From assembly GCA_041736175.1 (NCBI GenBank), contig JBGSUI010000014.1, forward strand, positions 76,017-140,016: a DNA stretch of 64,000 nucleotides, read 5' to 3'. This DNA comes from Oligoflexales bacterium. GTDB taxonomy: Bacteria; Bdellovibrionota_B; Oligoflexia; Oligoflexales; CAIYRB01. The notes beneath the pieces were generated by a model. That model was not told the DNA's origin. It did not search any database and was given only the letters and a program-made list of their open reading frames with translations. The translations under genes and the position numbers were made by a program. Below are positions 39,833-48,692 of the stretch, in pieces (the stretch's first letter is position 1; every line of letters begins with the position of its first letter).

Positions 39833-40729
39833 ATGAAAGTGTTGGTAACTGGTGCTACGGGATTTATTGGGTCACATTTTGTTAAAAAATCTTTGGAAAA
39901 CGGTTGGTCAACCCATGCAGTCGTACGCGAGGGATCAAATCACTCAATTTTGCAGCACGGACGATTATCACCCAGCACCCATCTTTATAACGGTACTCTG
40001 GAATCGCTGATAGACATTGTAAATACAACTAAACCGAATGTAGTCGTCCATGTTGCCTCATGCTTTATTGCCGAGCACAAGCCTCAAGACGTTGACAGGC
40101 TCGTGTCTTCAAATTTATTGTTTGGCACGCAACTCTTAGAGGCAATGTCATTAGGAGGGATTCGGAACTTTCTAAATGTCGGAACCTCTTGGCAGCATTT
40201 TGAAGATCGCGACTACAGTCCTGTTTGTCTATACGCTGCAACAAAGGAAGCCTTTGAAAAGCTGTTGCAGTACTACGTAGAAGTACGCTCCATCAACGCT
40301 GTTACCCTCAAGCTCTATGATACCTACGGACCTGGAGATGAGCGAAAAAAGCTTTTTTTTCTCTTCAAAAGCCTGATGAGTCCCTTGGCTAAGCCTCTTC
40401 AAATGTCTCCGGGTGAGCAGCTCTTGAATCTAGTGCATATTGATGACGTTATTAGTGCCTTTGAGCAAGCTCTTGCTCTTCTAGAGCGAGGAGAAGCCCC
40501 AAAAAACAACTGTTTTACAGTGGCAGCAAGTGAGTCGATCACTCTAAAAGACTTAGTAGCCCTTGTAGAGCAGATCACTCATAAGAAGCTACCGATTGAA
40601 TGGGGGCGGCGTCCTTACCGTGGGCGTGAGGTGATGCGCCCGTATTCTAGAATTCGTCCAGTCCCAGGATGGAGTCCAAAAGTCTCCCTGCAAACTGGTA
40701 TAACCAAACTTTTTGTAGAAGAGCACTGA
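39833..40729 (+). CDS. NAD-dependent sugar reductase/epimerase (CDP-3,6-dideoxyhexose synthase-like)
   Basis: GATGFIG, GTSWQH, YAATK, DTYGP, PYRGREVM. Confidence 0.8.
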   Translation: MKVLVTGATGFIGSHFVKKSLENGWSTHAVVREGSNHSILQHGRLSPSTHLYNGTLESLIDIVNTTKPNVVVHVASCFIAEHKPQDVDRLVSSNLLFGTQLLEAMSLGGIRNFLNVGTSWQHFEDRDYSPVCLYAATKEAFEKLLQYYVEVRSINAVTLKLYDTYGPGDERKKLFFLFKSLMSPLAKPLQMSPGEQLLNLVHIDDVISAFEQALALLERGEAPKNNCFTVAASESITLKDLVALVEQITHKKLPIEWGRRPYRGREVMRPYSRIRPVPGWSPKVSLQTGITKLFVEEH

Positions 40730-40732
40730 TTC

Positions 40733-41272
40733 ATGTTTGAGTTTATCGAAACAAAACTACGAGGCTGCTTACTTATTAAGAGTAGGAAATTTTCCGATAG
40801 CCGAGGCGAGTTTTTAAAAGTGTTTGCTAAGTCAGAGTTTAGGAAAAATGGAATCGATTTTGATTTTTCAGAACAGTTTTTTTCTGTCTCCAAAAAGGGC
40901 GTCTTACGAGGTCTGCACTTTCAGATCCCGCCTCACGACCACGCTAAGATTGTTTACTGTGTCAGTGGTCAAGTTCTGGATGTCGTAGTCGACTTGCGTA
41001 AATCTAGTGCTACCTATGGTCAGCATATTACTATTGAGTTGGCAGAGAACATGAGTGATATACTTTATATTCCCACAGGCATGGCTCACGGATTTTATTC
41101 ACAAGCAGATAAATCAATAATGATTTATAACGTATCCACGCAGCATGACCCTACTCATGATCGAGGAATTCGCTGGGATTCGTGCAATATCAGGTGGCCA
41201 GGAGTGACTCCGGTTCTTTCTGAAAGGGATCAGAGCTTCCCATCTATGGCTGATTTTGATTCGCCATTCTAA
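40733..41272 (+). CDS. rfbC: RmlC-type NDP-sugar 3,5-/5-epimerase
   Basis: DSRGEF, GVLRGLHFQ, VVDLRKSSATYG, GMAHGF. Confidence 0.9.
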   Translation: MFEFIETKLRGCLLIKSRKFSDSRGEFLKVFAKSEFRKNGIDFDFSEQFFSVSKKGVLRGLHFQIPPHDHAKIVYCVSGQVLDVVVDLRKSSATYGQHITIELAENMSDILYIPTGMAHGFYSQADKSIMIYNVSTQHDPTHDRGIRWDSCNIRWPGVTPVLSERDQSFPSMADFDSPF

Positions 41273-41337
41273 TAGGTTTCGTGATCATCTTATTGTTTCC
41301 ATACCAATCCATTTAGTCTTAATAGTTAGGGGATGTT

Positions 41338-42642
41338 ATGACCGATCTTCGTAGCGAAATATTAGCTTTAGGAGCCAAATACTATCAGGAAAAATTCGGG
41401 GGCAAGACCCTCGTTCCAGGGGTGGATCAATTGCCAGCAAACGGCAAGGTGATGGCTGCTGATGACCTTGTCAATCTACTTGATTCTTCTTTGGATATGT
41501 GGCTCACAGCCGGACGTTTTGCAGACAATTTTGAGCGAGAGTTCGCGACGACATTCGGCTCTCGTTATTCATTACTGGTAAACTCTGGGTCAAGTGCCAA
41601 CTTAGTGGCATTTTCGGCTCTTACCAGTCCCTATCTCAAGGAACGCGCCCTTAAACCTGGCGATGAGTTTATCACCCCAGCATGCGGCTTTCCGACAACG
41701 GTCAATCCAGCGATACAGTTTGGGATGCAGCCGCGTTTTGTTGATGTGGACTTAAAAACCCATAACGTTTTGCCCGAAACCATCGAGCAGGCAATCACAC
41801 CTAAAACTAAGCTGGTGATGATTGCTCACGCCCTAGGCAACCCGTTTGATTCCAAAAAAGTTGCTGAGATTTGTAAAGCAAGGGGAATCTGGCTGGTTGA
41901 AGACTGCTGCGATGCGCTAGGCGCAGAAATCCATGGCAGGAAGGTCGGAACTTTTGGTGATTTAGCAACCTGTAGCTTTTATCCTGCTCATCATATCACC
42001 ATGGGGGAAGGTGGAGCTGTGATGACTTCGAGTCCCGTACTAAAAAAAGTAGCTGAAAGTTTTCGCGATTGGGGGCGAGACTGTTATTGTCCTCCCGGTA
42101 AAGAAGACACCTGCGGGAAGCGTTATGGTTGGAAACTTGGTAAGCTACCGGAAGGTTACGATCACAAGTACATCTATACCCACCTTGGATATAACCTCAA
42201 AGTGACGGATATGCAGGCGTCGGTTGGGCTTTCCCAGCTTAAGCGGCTCGACAGCTTTGTAGCAGCACGGCGCAAAAACTTCGGGTTTTTAAAAGCTGAA
42301 ATATCTCGGCTCGGAGGTGATGAGTTTTTTCACATGCCCCAGGCTACGGAGAACTCTAACCCATCTTGGTTTGGGTTTTTGCTGACTCTTAAGAACCGAG
42401 ATAAACCCCGGAAAGCTATGTTGCAGTTATTAGAGTCCAAGAAAATCGGTACACGGCTTTTATTTGGAGGCAATTTATTGGCCCAGCCAGCTTACGCTTC
42501 AATTAGGCATACAGTGGTCGGTGATCTAGCCACCACCAATCTTGTGATGACTCACTCTTTCTATGTAGGTATCTGGCCCGGTTTAACAGAAGACTGTTTG
42601 CGGTATATGGCTCGAACTTTGGTTGAAGGTGCTAAAAACTAG
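41338..42642 (+). CDS. rfbH: CDP-4-keto-6-deoxyglucose 3-dehydrase (E1)
   Basis: WLTAGRF, NSGSSAN, EDCCDALG, SFYPAHHITMGEGG, DWGRDCYC, GYDHKY. Confidence 0.95.
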   Translation: MTDLRSEILALGAKYYQEKFGGKTLVPGVDQLPANGKVMAADDLVNLLDSSLDMWLTAGRFADNFEREFATTFGSRYSLLVNSGSSANLVAFSALTSPYLKERALKPGDEFITPACGFPTTVNPAIQFGMQPRFVDVDLKTHNVLPETIEQAITPKTKLVMIAHALGNPFDSKKVAEICKARGIWLVEDCCDALGAEIHGRKVGTFGDLATCSFYPAHHITMGEGGAVMTSSPVLKKVAESFRDWGRDCYCPPGKEDTCGKRYGWKLGKLPEGYDHKYIYTHLGYNLKVTDMQASVGLSQLKRLDSFVAARRKNFGFLKAEISRLGGDEFFHMPQATENSNPSWFGFLLTLKNRDKPRKAMLQLLESKKIGTRLLFGGNLLAQPAYASIRHTVVGDLATTNLVMTHSFYVGIWPGLTEDCLRYMARTLVEGAKN

Positions 42643-42698
42643 ACTTTGGTCCAGGAATCGGGCGGCTAAGTGGTAAGGAGACCTGAATCTAAAATTTC

Positions 42699-42727
42699 TT
42701 GTAAAGTTCATGATTCTCTTTTATCAT
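42699..42727 (+). promoter_or_regulatory. sigma70 promoter
   Basis: TTGTAA-N17-TATCAT. Confidence 0.6.
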
Positions 42728-42750
42728 CAACCTTCTAACTTCGATTAAGA

Positions 42751-42943
42751 GTGGTGCTTTGGGTTGCCGTAATATCAAATCAGTCTTCCAAGGGATCGGC
42801 CTCGAGGTTGTCTTATGACAACTATCCTCGGGCTGCTGAATTTGCGTTACAATAGGAGCAACCCTAGGTATTATCCGGTCCGAGGTCGGTCATCGGGGCC
42901 ACCACCGGGTAACTCACGGAAGTACCCGTGGGATAGTGAGTCT
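42751..42943 (+). ncRNA. Candidate structured leader RNA
   Basis: Nested complementary segments forming a rod of about 124 nt, plus two downstream hairpins. Confidence 0.35.
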
Positions 42944-42989
42944 GGGAAGGCGGCGCATTCAGCGTCGGCGAGATAGGAGCATGTGAGAA

Positions 42990-43373
42990 ATGTCGAAGAA
43001 GCTTTTTGTGGGCGGATTGAGTTGGGGTACGAATGACGAAGGCTTAAGGCAGGCTTTTGCGAAATTCGGCCAAATTAGCGAAGCCAAAGTCATTACGGAT
43101 CGGGAAACAGGCCGCTCACGAGGATTTGGGTTTATCACCTTTTCATCTGACAGCGATGCTATGTCAGCAATGCAAGAGATGGATGGCAAGGAGCTTGACG
43201 GGCGTACTATTAAAGTAAACGAGGCCCAAGAGCGTCCTGCAGGTGGTGGCGGTGACCGAGGCGGTGGCGGTGGTCGCGGTGGTGACCGAGGCGGCGGCGG
43301 TGGTCGCGGTGGTTACGGCGGCGGCGGTGGCGGTCGTGGTGGTGACCGAGGCGGCGGCGGCAATCGCTGGTAG
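42990..43373 (+). CDS. RRM RNA-binding protein with Gly/Arg-rich tail
   Basis: LFVGGL (RNP2), RGFGFI (RNP1), repeated GGDRGGGGGR. Confidence 0.95.
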   Translation: MSKKLFVGGLSWGTNDEGLRQAFAKFGQISEAKVITDRETGRSRGFGFITFSSDSDAMSAMQEMDGKELDGRTIKVNEAQERPAGGGGDRGGGGGRGGDRGGGGGRGGYGGGGGGRGGDRGGGGNRW

Positions 43374-43503
43374 GATTTGTTTCAAAGACTTAGAAAAAGC
43401 TCTTTAAAATAGAGCTGTTTATCCCTATAAGGAGAGGAGCAGCCTGGTCTCAAAAGCCGCAGCCCTCTCCGATATCTTTTTTAATTTTTAATATTTGCTA
43501 AAA

Positions 43504-43559
43504 TAGATCCTATGTACTAGATCCTATGTACTAGATCCAAGGTAACAGATCCTGGGTAT
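43504..43559. repeat. Four 14-bp tandem units
   Basis: TAGATCCTATGTAC x2, TAGATCCAAGGTAA, CAGATCCTGGGTAT. Confidence 0.85.
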
Positions 43560-43710
43560 GAGTTTCTAGGTGCAACCGAGCGACCCTCTTTTTTGGCGTG
43601 CAGGTCATTAACCCCCACAGAAAGCTATCTGAGCATTCATGACCCGACACCGAGTGACAATCCTAAAAAACTCGTTTTCTGAACTGAACGCTGTGGAGGG
43701 ATGGTAGCTC

Positions 43711-44769
43711 TTGTCCTTGCAGCTCATCAAATCTCTTTTGAGCAAAGCTGCTGGTGCAACAGTTCTCCATATCTTACTGGTTCCCTGGTCTCTAGTGGGG
43801 GCGCCTTTCCGCGCCGAATCACAGCCTCTCCCCGAATACCACAACAGCCAAAAAGTCCTTATATCAGCTGAGCTTTTTGAAGCCAATTACCATGCTCCTG
43901 AACTCGTGGCAGAGATTATCAAGGCAGGATCCGCTGTGCTGATTGTTGAAAGCTATAAAAATCAGGTGAGTAGGAAAACTCTTGGTCTGAGTCAGAGGAT
44001 TAAATCGCTGGTGGTGCCCCATAGGTATCCTTGGCTACGGGATTTTGGGCCCATAGTCGTCCGCAAGGGCGGCCAAAAAATCTTTTTAGATCTGGTCTAT
44101 CCTGTGCCAGAGGACACAGTCCATGAAGGGTTTCCTAGAAGTCTGGGAGCTGGCTTAGGAGTGCCGGTTAAACAAGTCCCCTATCAGCTGGATGGGGGCA
44201 ATCTCTTGGTTGCCGAGGAGACTTGTGTTTATTCCCAGACCGAAAAAGCCCAGGATGGGCTCAGGCGGATCCTAGAGCTAGAAGTTGGGTGCAAAACCCA
44301 GGTGCCCCTTGTAAACCCGCCCCACCCCCATGTGGATATGTATGTGAAACTGCTTCCAGGAAAGGTTGCCGTGGTCTCAAAGATCTTTGCTGAAACCCGC
44401 GACCATTGGCAGGCTTATGCTGGATCCCTGCCGGAAGAATTTGTTGATCTTGGAGCCAAACTTGAGGGTGTAGCCCACCAGCTCGCCCCCTATTTTAAGG
44501 TGGTTCGTATACCTATGCCGCTCCCTTTTCGAGGGGGATTTCGCTCCTATACCAATAGTGCCATCGTCAACCAAACCGTCATCGTCCCCTCCTATCGTAA
44601 GTTTGGTTGGAGTGAGGGGGATTATCCCGATAGGGACCTGACTGGATTTTATGAGCAAAAAGTGAGGGATGTTTATCAGTCATTTGGCTACAAGGTAAGT
44701 TTCGTCAATTCTGACGCTCTCATCTATAACGGTGGATCCTTCCACTGCGTGTTGTTGCAGATTCCTTAG
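43711..44769 (+). CDS. Agmatine/peptidylarginine deiminase family protein with signal peptide
   Basis: WLRDFGP, DGGN, HVD, SYTN, GGSFHC (catalytic Cys). Confidence 0.85.
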   Translation: MSLQLIKSLLSKAAGATVLHILLVPWSLVGAPFRAESQPLPEYHNSQKVLISAELFEANYHAPELVAEIIKAGSAVLIVESYKNQVSRKTLGLSQRIKSLVVPHRYPWLRDFGPIVVRKGGQKIFLDLVYPVPEDTVHEGFPRSLGAGLGVPVKQVPYQLDGGNLLVAEETCVYSQTEKAQDGLRRILELEVGCKTQVPLVNPPHPHVDMYVKLLPGKVAVVSKIFAETRDHWQAYAGSLPEEFVDLGAKLEGVAHQLAPYFKVVRIPMPLPFRGGFRSYTNSAIVNQTVIVPSYRKFGWSEGDYPDRDLTGFYEQKVRDVYQSFGYKVSFVNSDALIYNGGSFHCVLLQIP

Positions 44770-44826
44770 GGGTAAGATAGATCGAGATTTTTTTGTATTT
44801 TTTGTTTTTTGGAAAGGGAAATATTC

Positions 44827-45630
44827 GTGGCAGAGCATTGCAATCTCTATGATCGGGCAAAGTATTATGACATCATTTTTAAAAGAGATGTCACTGGAGA
44901 GGTGGGTTTTTTTAAAGACCTCTATCGCAAGCATACGGGTAAGGATTTTGAAAGGGTGTTAGATGTGGCCTGTGGACCGGGATATCATGCTCGAGCGTTA
45001 GCTCTTCAGGGATACAAGACTTATGGGCTGGAGCTACGGGCGGAGATGCTGCGGTTTGCTGCCGAAGAAACCGCACTGGAAACACCGCTCCAAGGCAAGG
45101 GTTCAGAGCCGGAATGGATCGAAGCCGATATGCGAACATTTAAGCTGAAACAGCCGGTGGATATGGCGTTTTGTGTATTCGATGGGCTTGATTGTTTGTT
45201 AACAAACGAAAACCTGAAACTTCATTTCCAAGCGGTCGCGGCAAATCTTACCCAAGGTGGTTTGTATCTAATCGATCTCAGTCATCCGAGCGAGATCGAC
45301 TGGACCCACTATAAGAAATTTCACTATTCTGGCCAAAGAGACGGCATAAAAGTCGACATTCATTGGGCGACCAATGACCCGACCTACGACCTAGCGACAG
45401 GGATTGCTAAGGTCGAAGTCAAGATGCTGGTTGATGACCATGGGCAAAAGTTCGAGGTGGTTGATATCGCTGAGGAGCGATTGATGTTTCCCCAAGAGAT
45501 TAATCTCTTGGCGGAGCTTTCGGGGGCTCTGAAAGTCCTTGCTTGGTACGGTGACTTTGATATCAACAGACCGTTAGATTCGAGTCCTAAATCACGACGG
45601 ATGATCGGCGTCCTTCAGAAAATTGGGTGA
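44827..45630 (+). CDS. Class I SAM-dependent methyltransferase
   Basis: VLDVACGPG, ADMRTF, GGLYLID; GTG start at 44827 after GGGA. Confidence 0.9.
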   Translation: MAEHCNLYDRAKYYDIIFKRDVTGEVGFFKDLYRKHTGKDFERVLDVACGPGYHARALALQGYKTYGLELRAEMLRFAAEETALETPLQGKGSEPEWIEADMRTFKLKQPVDMAFCVFDGLDCLLTNENLKLHFQAVAANLTQGGLYLIDLSHPSEIDWTHYKKFHYSGQRDGIKVDIHWATNDPTYDLATGIAKVEVKMLVDDHGQKFEVVDIAEERLMFPQEINLLAELSGALKVLAWYGDFDINRPLDSSPKSRRMIGVLQKIG

Positions 45631-46310
45631 GGATTGGAAAGGATATTAGGATGACCGTTAGCAAACCACGCAAAAATCTAGCCATTCCTATAGGTACTCC
45701 TAGACGAAAGACCCATTTTGTCTCGATGAAATTGGTCCGAAGAATTCGACCCGAAAAAGGGGGCTACGGGGTCTTTGCTGCCGAAGATATCGCCAAGGGA
45801 ACCCTCCTTGTGGTTTGGGGGGGGACGGTCATGACACTCGATGAGCTAGCATCCCAATCCCAAAGGGCTAGACGCCATAGCCTGCAAGTCGAAGAAAACC
45901 TCTATCTGGTCAACCAGGATCTTCCCGAAGTGGGTGACTATATCAACCACTCCTGCAGTCCAAATGTTGGTATGGCGGGGCAAACAGCTCTGATTGCCAT
46001 GCGGGATATCCATAGCCGCGAAGAAATCTGCTACGACTATGCCATGTCGGATGGAAGTCCCTATGATGAGTTTCTGTGCTCTTGCCAGTCTCCCTTGTGC
46101 CGCGGTGTGGTCACGGGGAGCGATTGGATGATTCTTGATTTGCAAGAGCGTTACCGCACTTATTTTTCGCCCTATCTCCAAAGGCGAATAGCCGCGTTGC
46201 AAGAGTCACAAAACTCCTCCAAAGGTTCTTTCGAAAGGGAGCGGGCGGGTGGGTTTGGAAAAGACGCGGAGTTTGTGTTGGTTTCAGACTACGTTGCCAA
46301 AAACCTTTAA
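45627..46310 (+). CDS. SET-domain methyltransferase with post-SET motif
   Basis: GYGVFA, INHSCSPN, EICYDY, CSCQSPLCRG. Confidence 0.9.
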   Translation: MRIGKDIRMTVSKPRKNLAIPIGTPRRKTHFVSMKLVRRIRPEKGGYGVFAAEDIAKGTLLVVWGGTVMTLDELASQSQRARRHSLQVEENLYLVNQDLPEVGDYINHSCSPNVGMAGQTALIAMRDIHSREEICYDYAMSDGSPYDEFLCSCQSPLCRGVVTGSDWMILDLQERYRTYFSPYLQRRIAALQESQNSSKGSFERERAGGFGKDAEFVLVSDYVAKNL

Positions 46311-46328
46311 CGGTCATAGCTGCTACTG

Positions 46329-47297
46329 TCACAGAAATCTGTACCGAGTCTGGTTTCGCACGCCACTAACTTCAAGCAAGCCGTCAGCCACCGCCTGAGA
46401 GAGGTCTCTCGCAGCCGTCGCCGAAGACAGTGACTTAAAGATCTTTAAGTAATCCTTGCGTGCAAACCACTGGGATCCGAGTTGTGAGCGGGCCTGCTTG
46501 ATCCTCGAATCAGGTGAGGATGGCTCGACCCGGAAAGATTGCCAGAGGTCTTTGAGGGCTTGCTCAATGGCCTGCAGGGAAAATTCGACAAAGAGCGTAC
46601 AGTCACCGCTAAGGTCGCTTGTTCTCAGCACTTGGTAATACTCTGTTTGTCTTGCTCTGATCACGCTTTCGACTGGAAGCATGGTAAAAATAGGGTTGTC
46701 GTCAACCAGAATGACGTGTTGCCATAGTCGGCCTACGCGACCGTTGCCATCGCTGAACGGATGGATAAATTCGATTTCATAATGGACTGCGCAGGCGACC
46801 ACAACCCGCGGCACGTTCCGACTGGTTCTGATGTAGTTCATTAAATCAGCCATCAACTTGGGCACCAGCGGAGCCTTAGGCGCTACATGTTGTACTTTGC
46901 CACGACTGATAATGCCAACATTTCCAGAGCGAAACTTACCGGCGTCGGCGATCAGGCCATCCATGAGCAAGCCGTGGGCTTGCTTAAAATCACGCACGGA
47001 GTGGGGAGCAAAATCCCCCGCCGCAGCATAAGCATTGTTGGCATTCGTGACTTCGAGGATGTCCTTAGCTGGCGCGATGACCGGTGAACCGTCAAGAATC
47101 GTGCTCACCTGCTCCAGGCTGAGGGAATTTCCCTCTATGGCACAGCTTGATTGCACCGAGCGCAAACGATTTCGCCGTCGTAACTCTGGGCGGACCGATC
47201 CGGTGGTGGCGCCTTCGAATCTCCCCAATAGCAGTTGAATGTTGGCGACCGAGGTTAGGATATTGTTTGTTAACTTAAATGGAGGCTGGTAAGTCAA
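46329..47297 (-). CDS. Fic family protein with C-terminal wHTH
   Basis: SCAIEGN, HPFSDGNGRVGR, ATAARDL...TRY. Confidence 0.92.
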   Translation of the reverse strand: MTYQPPFKLTNNILTSVANIQLLLGRFEGATTGSVRPELRRRNRLRSVQSSCAIEGNSLSLEQVSTILDGSPVIAPAKDILEVTNANNAYAAAGDFAPHSVRDFKQAHGLLMDGLIADAGKFRSGNVGIISRGKVQHVAPKAPLVPKLMADLMNYIRTSRNVPRVVVACAVHYEIEFIHPFSDGNGRVGRLWQHVILVDDNPIFTMLPVESVIRARQTEYYQVLRTSDLSGDCTLFVEFSLQAIEQALKDLWQSFRVEPSSPDSRIKQARSQLGSQWFARKDYLKIFKSLSSATAARDLSQAVADGLLEVSGVRNQTRYRFL

Positions 47298-47382
47298 AGT
47301 TTTTCAGTCCTGCTTGATCAACCTCATGCTGCCCTGCCGTGTCCGGCGGCTCGGGGTTGTAGTATCAAAAAATGAGTCTCGA

Positions 47383-47419
47383 TGATCGTATCATATGATA
47401 CGATCACATGATACGATCA
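47383..47419. promoter_or_regulatory. 24-bp perfect palindrome plus third half-site (operator-like)
   Basis: TGATCGTATCATATGATACGATCA-C-ATGATACGATCA upstream of fic. Confidence 0.55.
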
Positions 47420-47511
47420 GATGCCCATTTCACTCATGGGAAGCGGTGATTTCGACGTGGCATGACTGGCCTGTGGACTCCTGACCCGAGGGTGGGAGGA
47501 GGCCAATGGGA

Positions 47512-47985
47512 CTAATCTTCGAGCAGACTGCGGAGCATCCAAGCGTGTTTCTCGTGGAGCTGGAGTCTTTGAGTGAGCAGGTCTAAGGTTGCTTGGTCAT
47601 TTGCTTTTTCTGCGTCAGGGTAGACTGTCCGAATGGTGCGGACCAGGATTTCCTGGCCTTCGAGGAGTTGGGCAATCATGTCCTTGGACTTTTCGTTGCC
47701 AGTGGCTTCGGTGATGGCGGTGAGCTGGCTAAAAGCCTTATAGGATCCTGGCGCATACTCACCGAGGGCCCGGATTCTTTCGGCAATCAGATCGACCGCT
47801 AAGGACAGCTCTGTGTATTGCGTCTCAAACATCAAGTGAAGGGTTTGGAACATAGGACCTCTGACATTCCAATGATAATTGTGTGTCTTGAGGTATAATG
47901 TATAGGAGTCAGCTAATAACTTGCTGAGACCTTTTGTAATCTTTGTACAATCAACATCGTTGATTCCAGTATTGATCTTCATCAT
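47512..47985 (-). CDS. dps: Dps family ferritin-like protein
   Basis: HNYHWNVRGPMFQTLHLMFETQY, DLIAERI, HEKHAWML. Confidence 0.95.
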   Translation of the reverse strand: MMKINTGINDVDCTKITKGLSKLLADSYTLYLKTHNYHWNVRGPMFQTLHLMFETQYTELSLAVDLIAERIRALGEYAPGSYKAFSQLTAITEATGNEKSKDMIAQLLEGQEILVRTIRTVYPDAEKANDQATLDLLTQRLQLHEKHAWMLRSLLED

Positions 47986-48099
47986 TTCACTCCCTCTTAA
48001 AATATTACCAAATTAAAATAAGGTACCCCAAAGCTTCTTTGGGACTTGAATGGACACCAGCTGACAACGGTTTGAAAGTATTATATTTTTTCAATTAAT

Positions 48100-48127
48100 T
48101 CAAGCTTTGTTTGCTACCTACCGATGA
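48100..48127 (+). promoter_or_regulatory. sigma28/FliA-like promoter
   Basis: TCAA-N16-ACCGATGA upstream of lipoprotein 48175. Confidence 0.4.
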
Positions 48128-48174
48128 TTTTAATATGGGATGACGGTATAGGGGCTTTAACATGAGGAGGAATT

Positions 48175-48681
48175 ATGAATCCAAAAAACATCTGGCGAGT
48201 GACCTTAGCGTTTATATGGCTCACCGCCTGCCAGGGGTCAAACCCTCAAGATCGTGAGACCGATCGCCGAAAGGCCTCACCCCAAGAGGCCAATGCTTCC
48301 AATGAGCCACGGAAACTCAAACATGAGGTCGATGAGGTTCCAGCCAATCTCAAAGCAAATCTTCAGGGATTTGATGTGTTTTCATGTATACAAAAATCTA
48401 TTGACCCAGAGACTAAAAAAGCAAAAATTGAAATATGTTTCGAAGTCTCGCGCCAAAATCTTGGAAACGATGACACGGCCATTCAGGGGGCGAGGGCATA
48501 TTGCGCCCATAATGAATGGGTCTCAGGAAAGCAATGTCCAACATCGGGTGTGGTGTCGGTCTGCAAGGGAGCAGTACTTGCCACTGGCCTTACCTATGAC
48601 AAGTATGGCTATGATAAAAGCAACACCGTGGACGAAGAGTGCGCGGCAAACGGCGGCAGGCAAGTGGCTGGCCTCAAATAG
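48175..48681 (+). CDS. Cys-rich lipoprotein
   Basis: LTAC lipobox; GAGGAGG SD; six further Cys. Confidence 0.75.
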   Translation: MNPKNIWRVTLAFIWLTACQGSNPQDRETDRRKASPQEANASNEPRKLKHEVDEVPANLKANLQGFDVFSCIQKSIDPETKKAKIEICFEVSRQNLGNDDTAIQGARAYCAHNEWVSGKQCPTSGVVSVCKGAVLATGLTYDKYGYDKSNTVDEECAANGGRQVAGLK

Positions 48682-48692
48682 GGGTTAAAACC

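Noticed and set aside
42751..42960. tmRNA, RNase P RNA or SRP RNA
   Set aside because: Their hallmark sequences (tRNA-like ends, GAGGAAAGTCC, SRP loop) were not found.
43504..43559. Replication origin (GATC-containing repeats)
   Set aside because: No DnaA-box cluster recognised and no dnaA/rep context.
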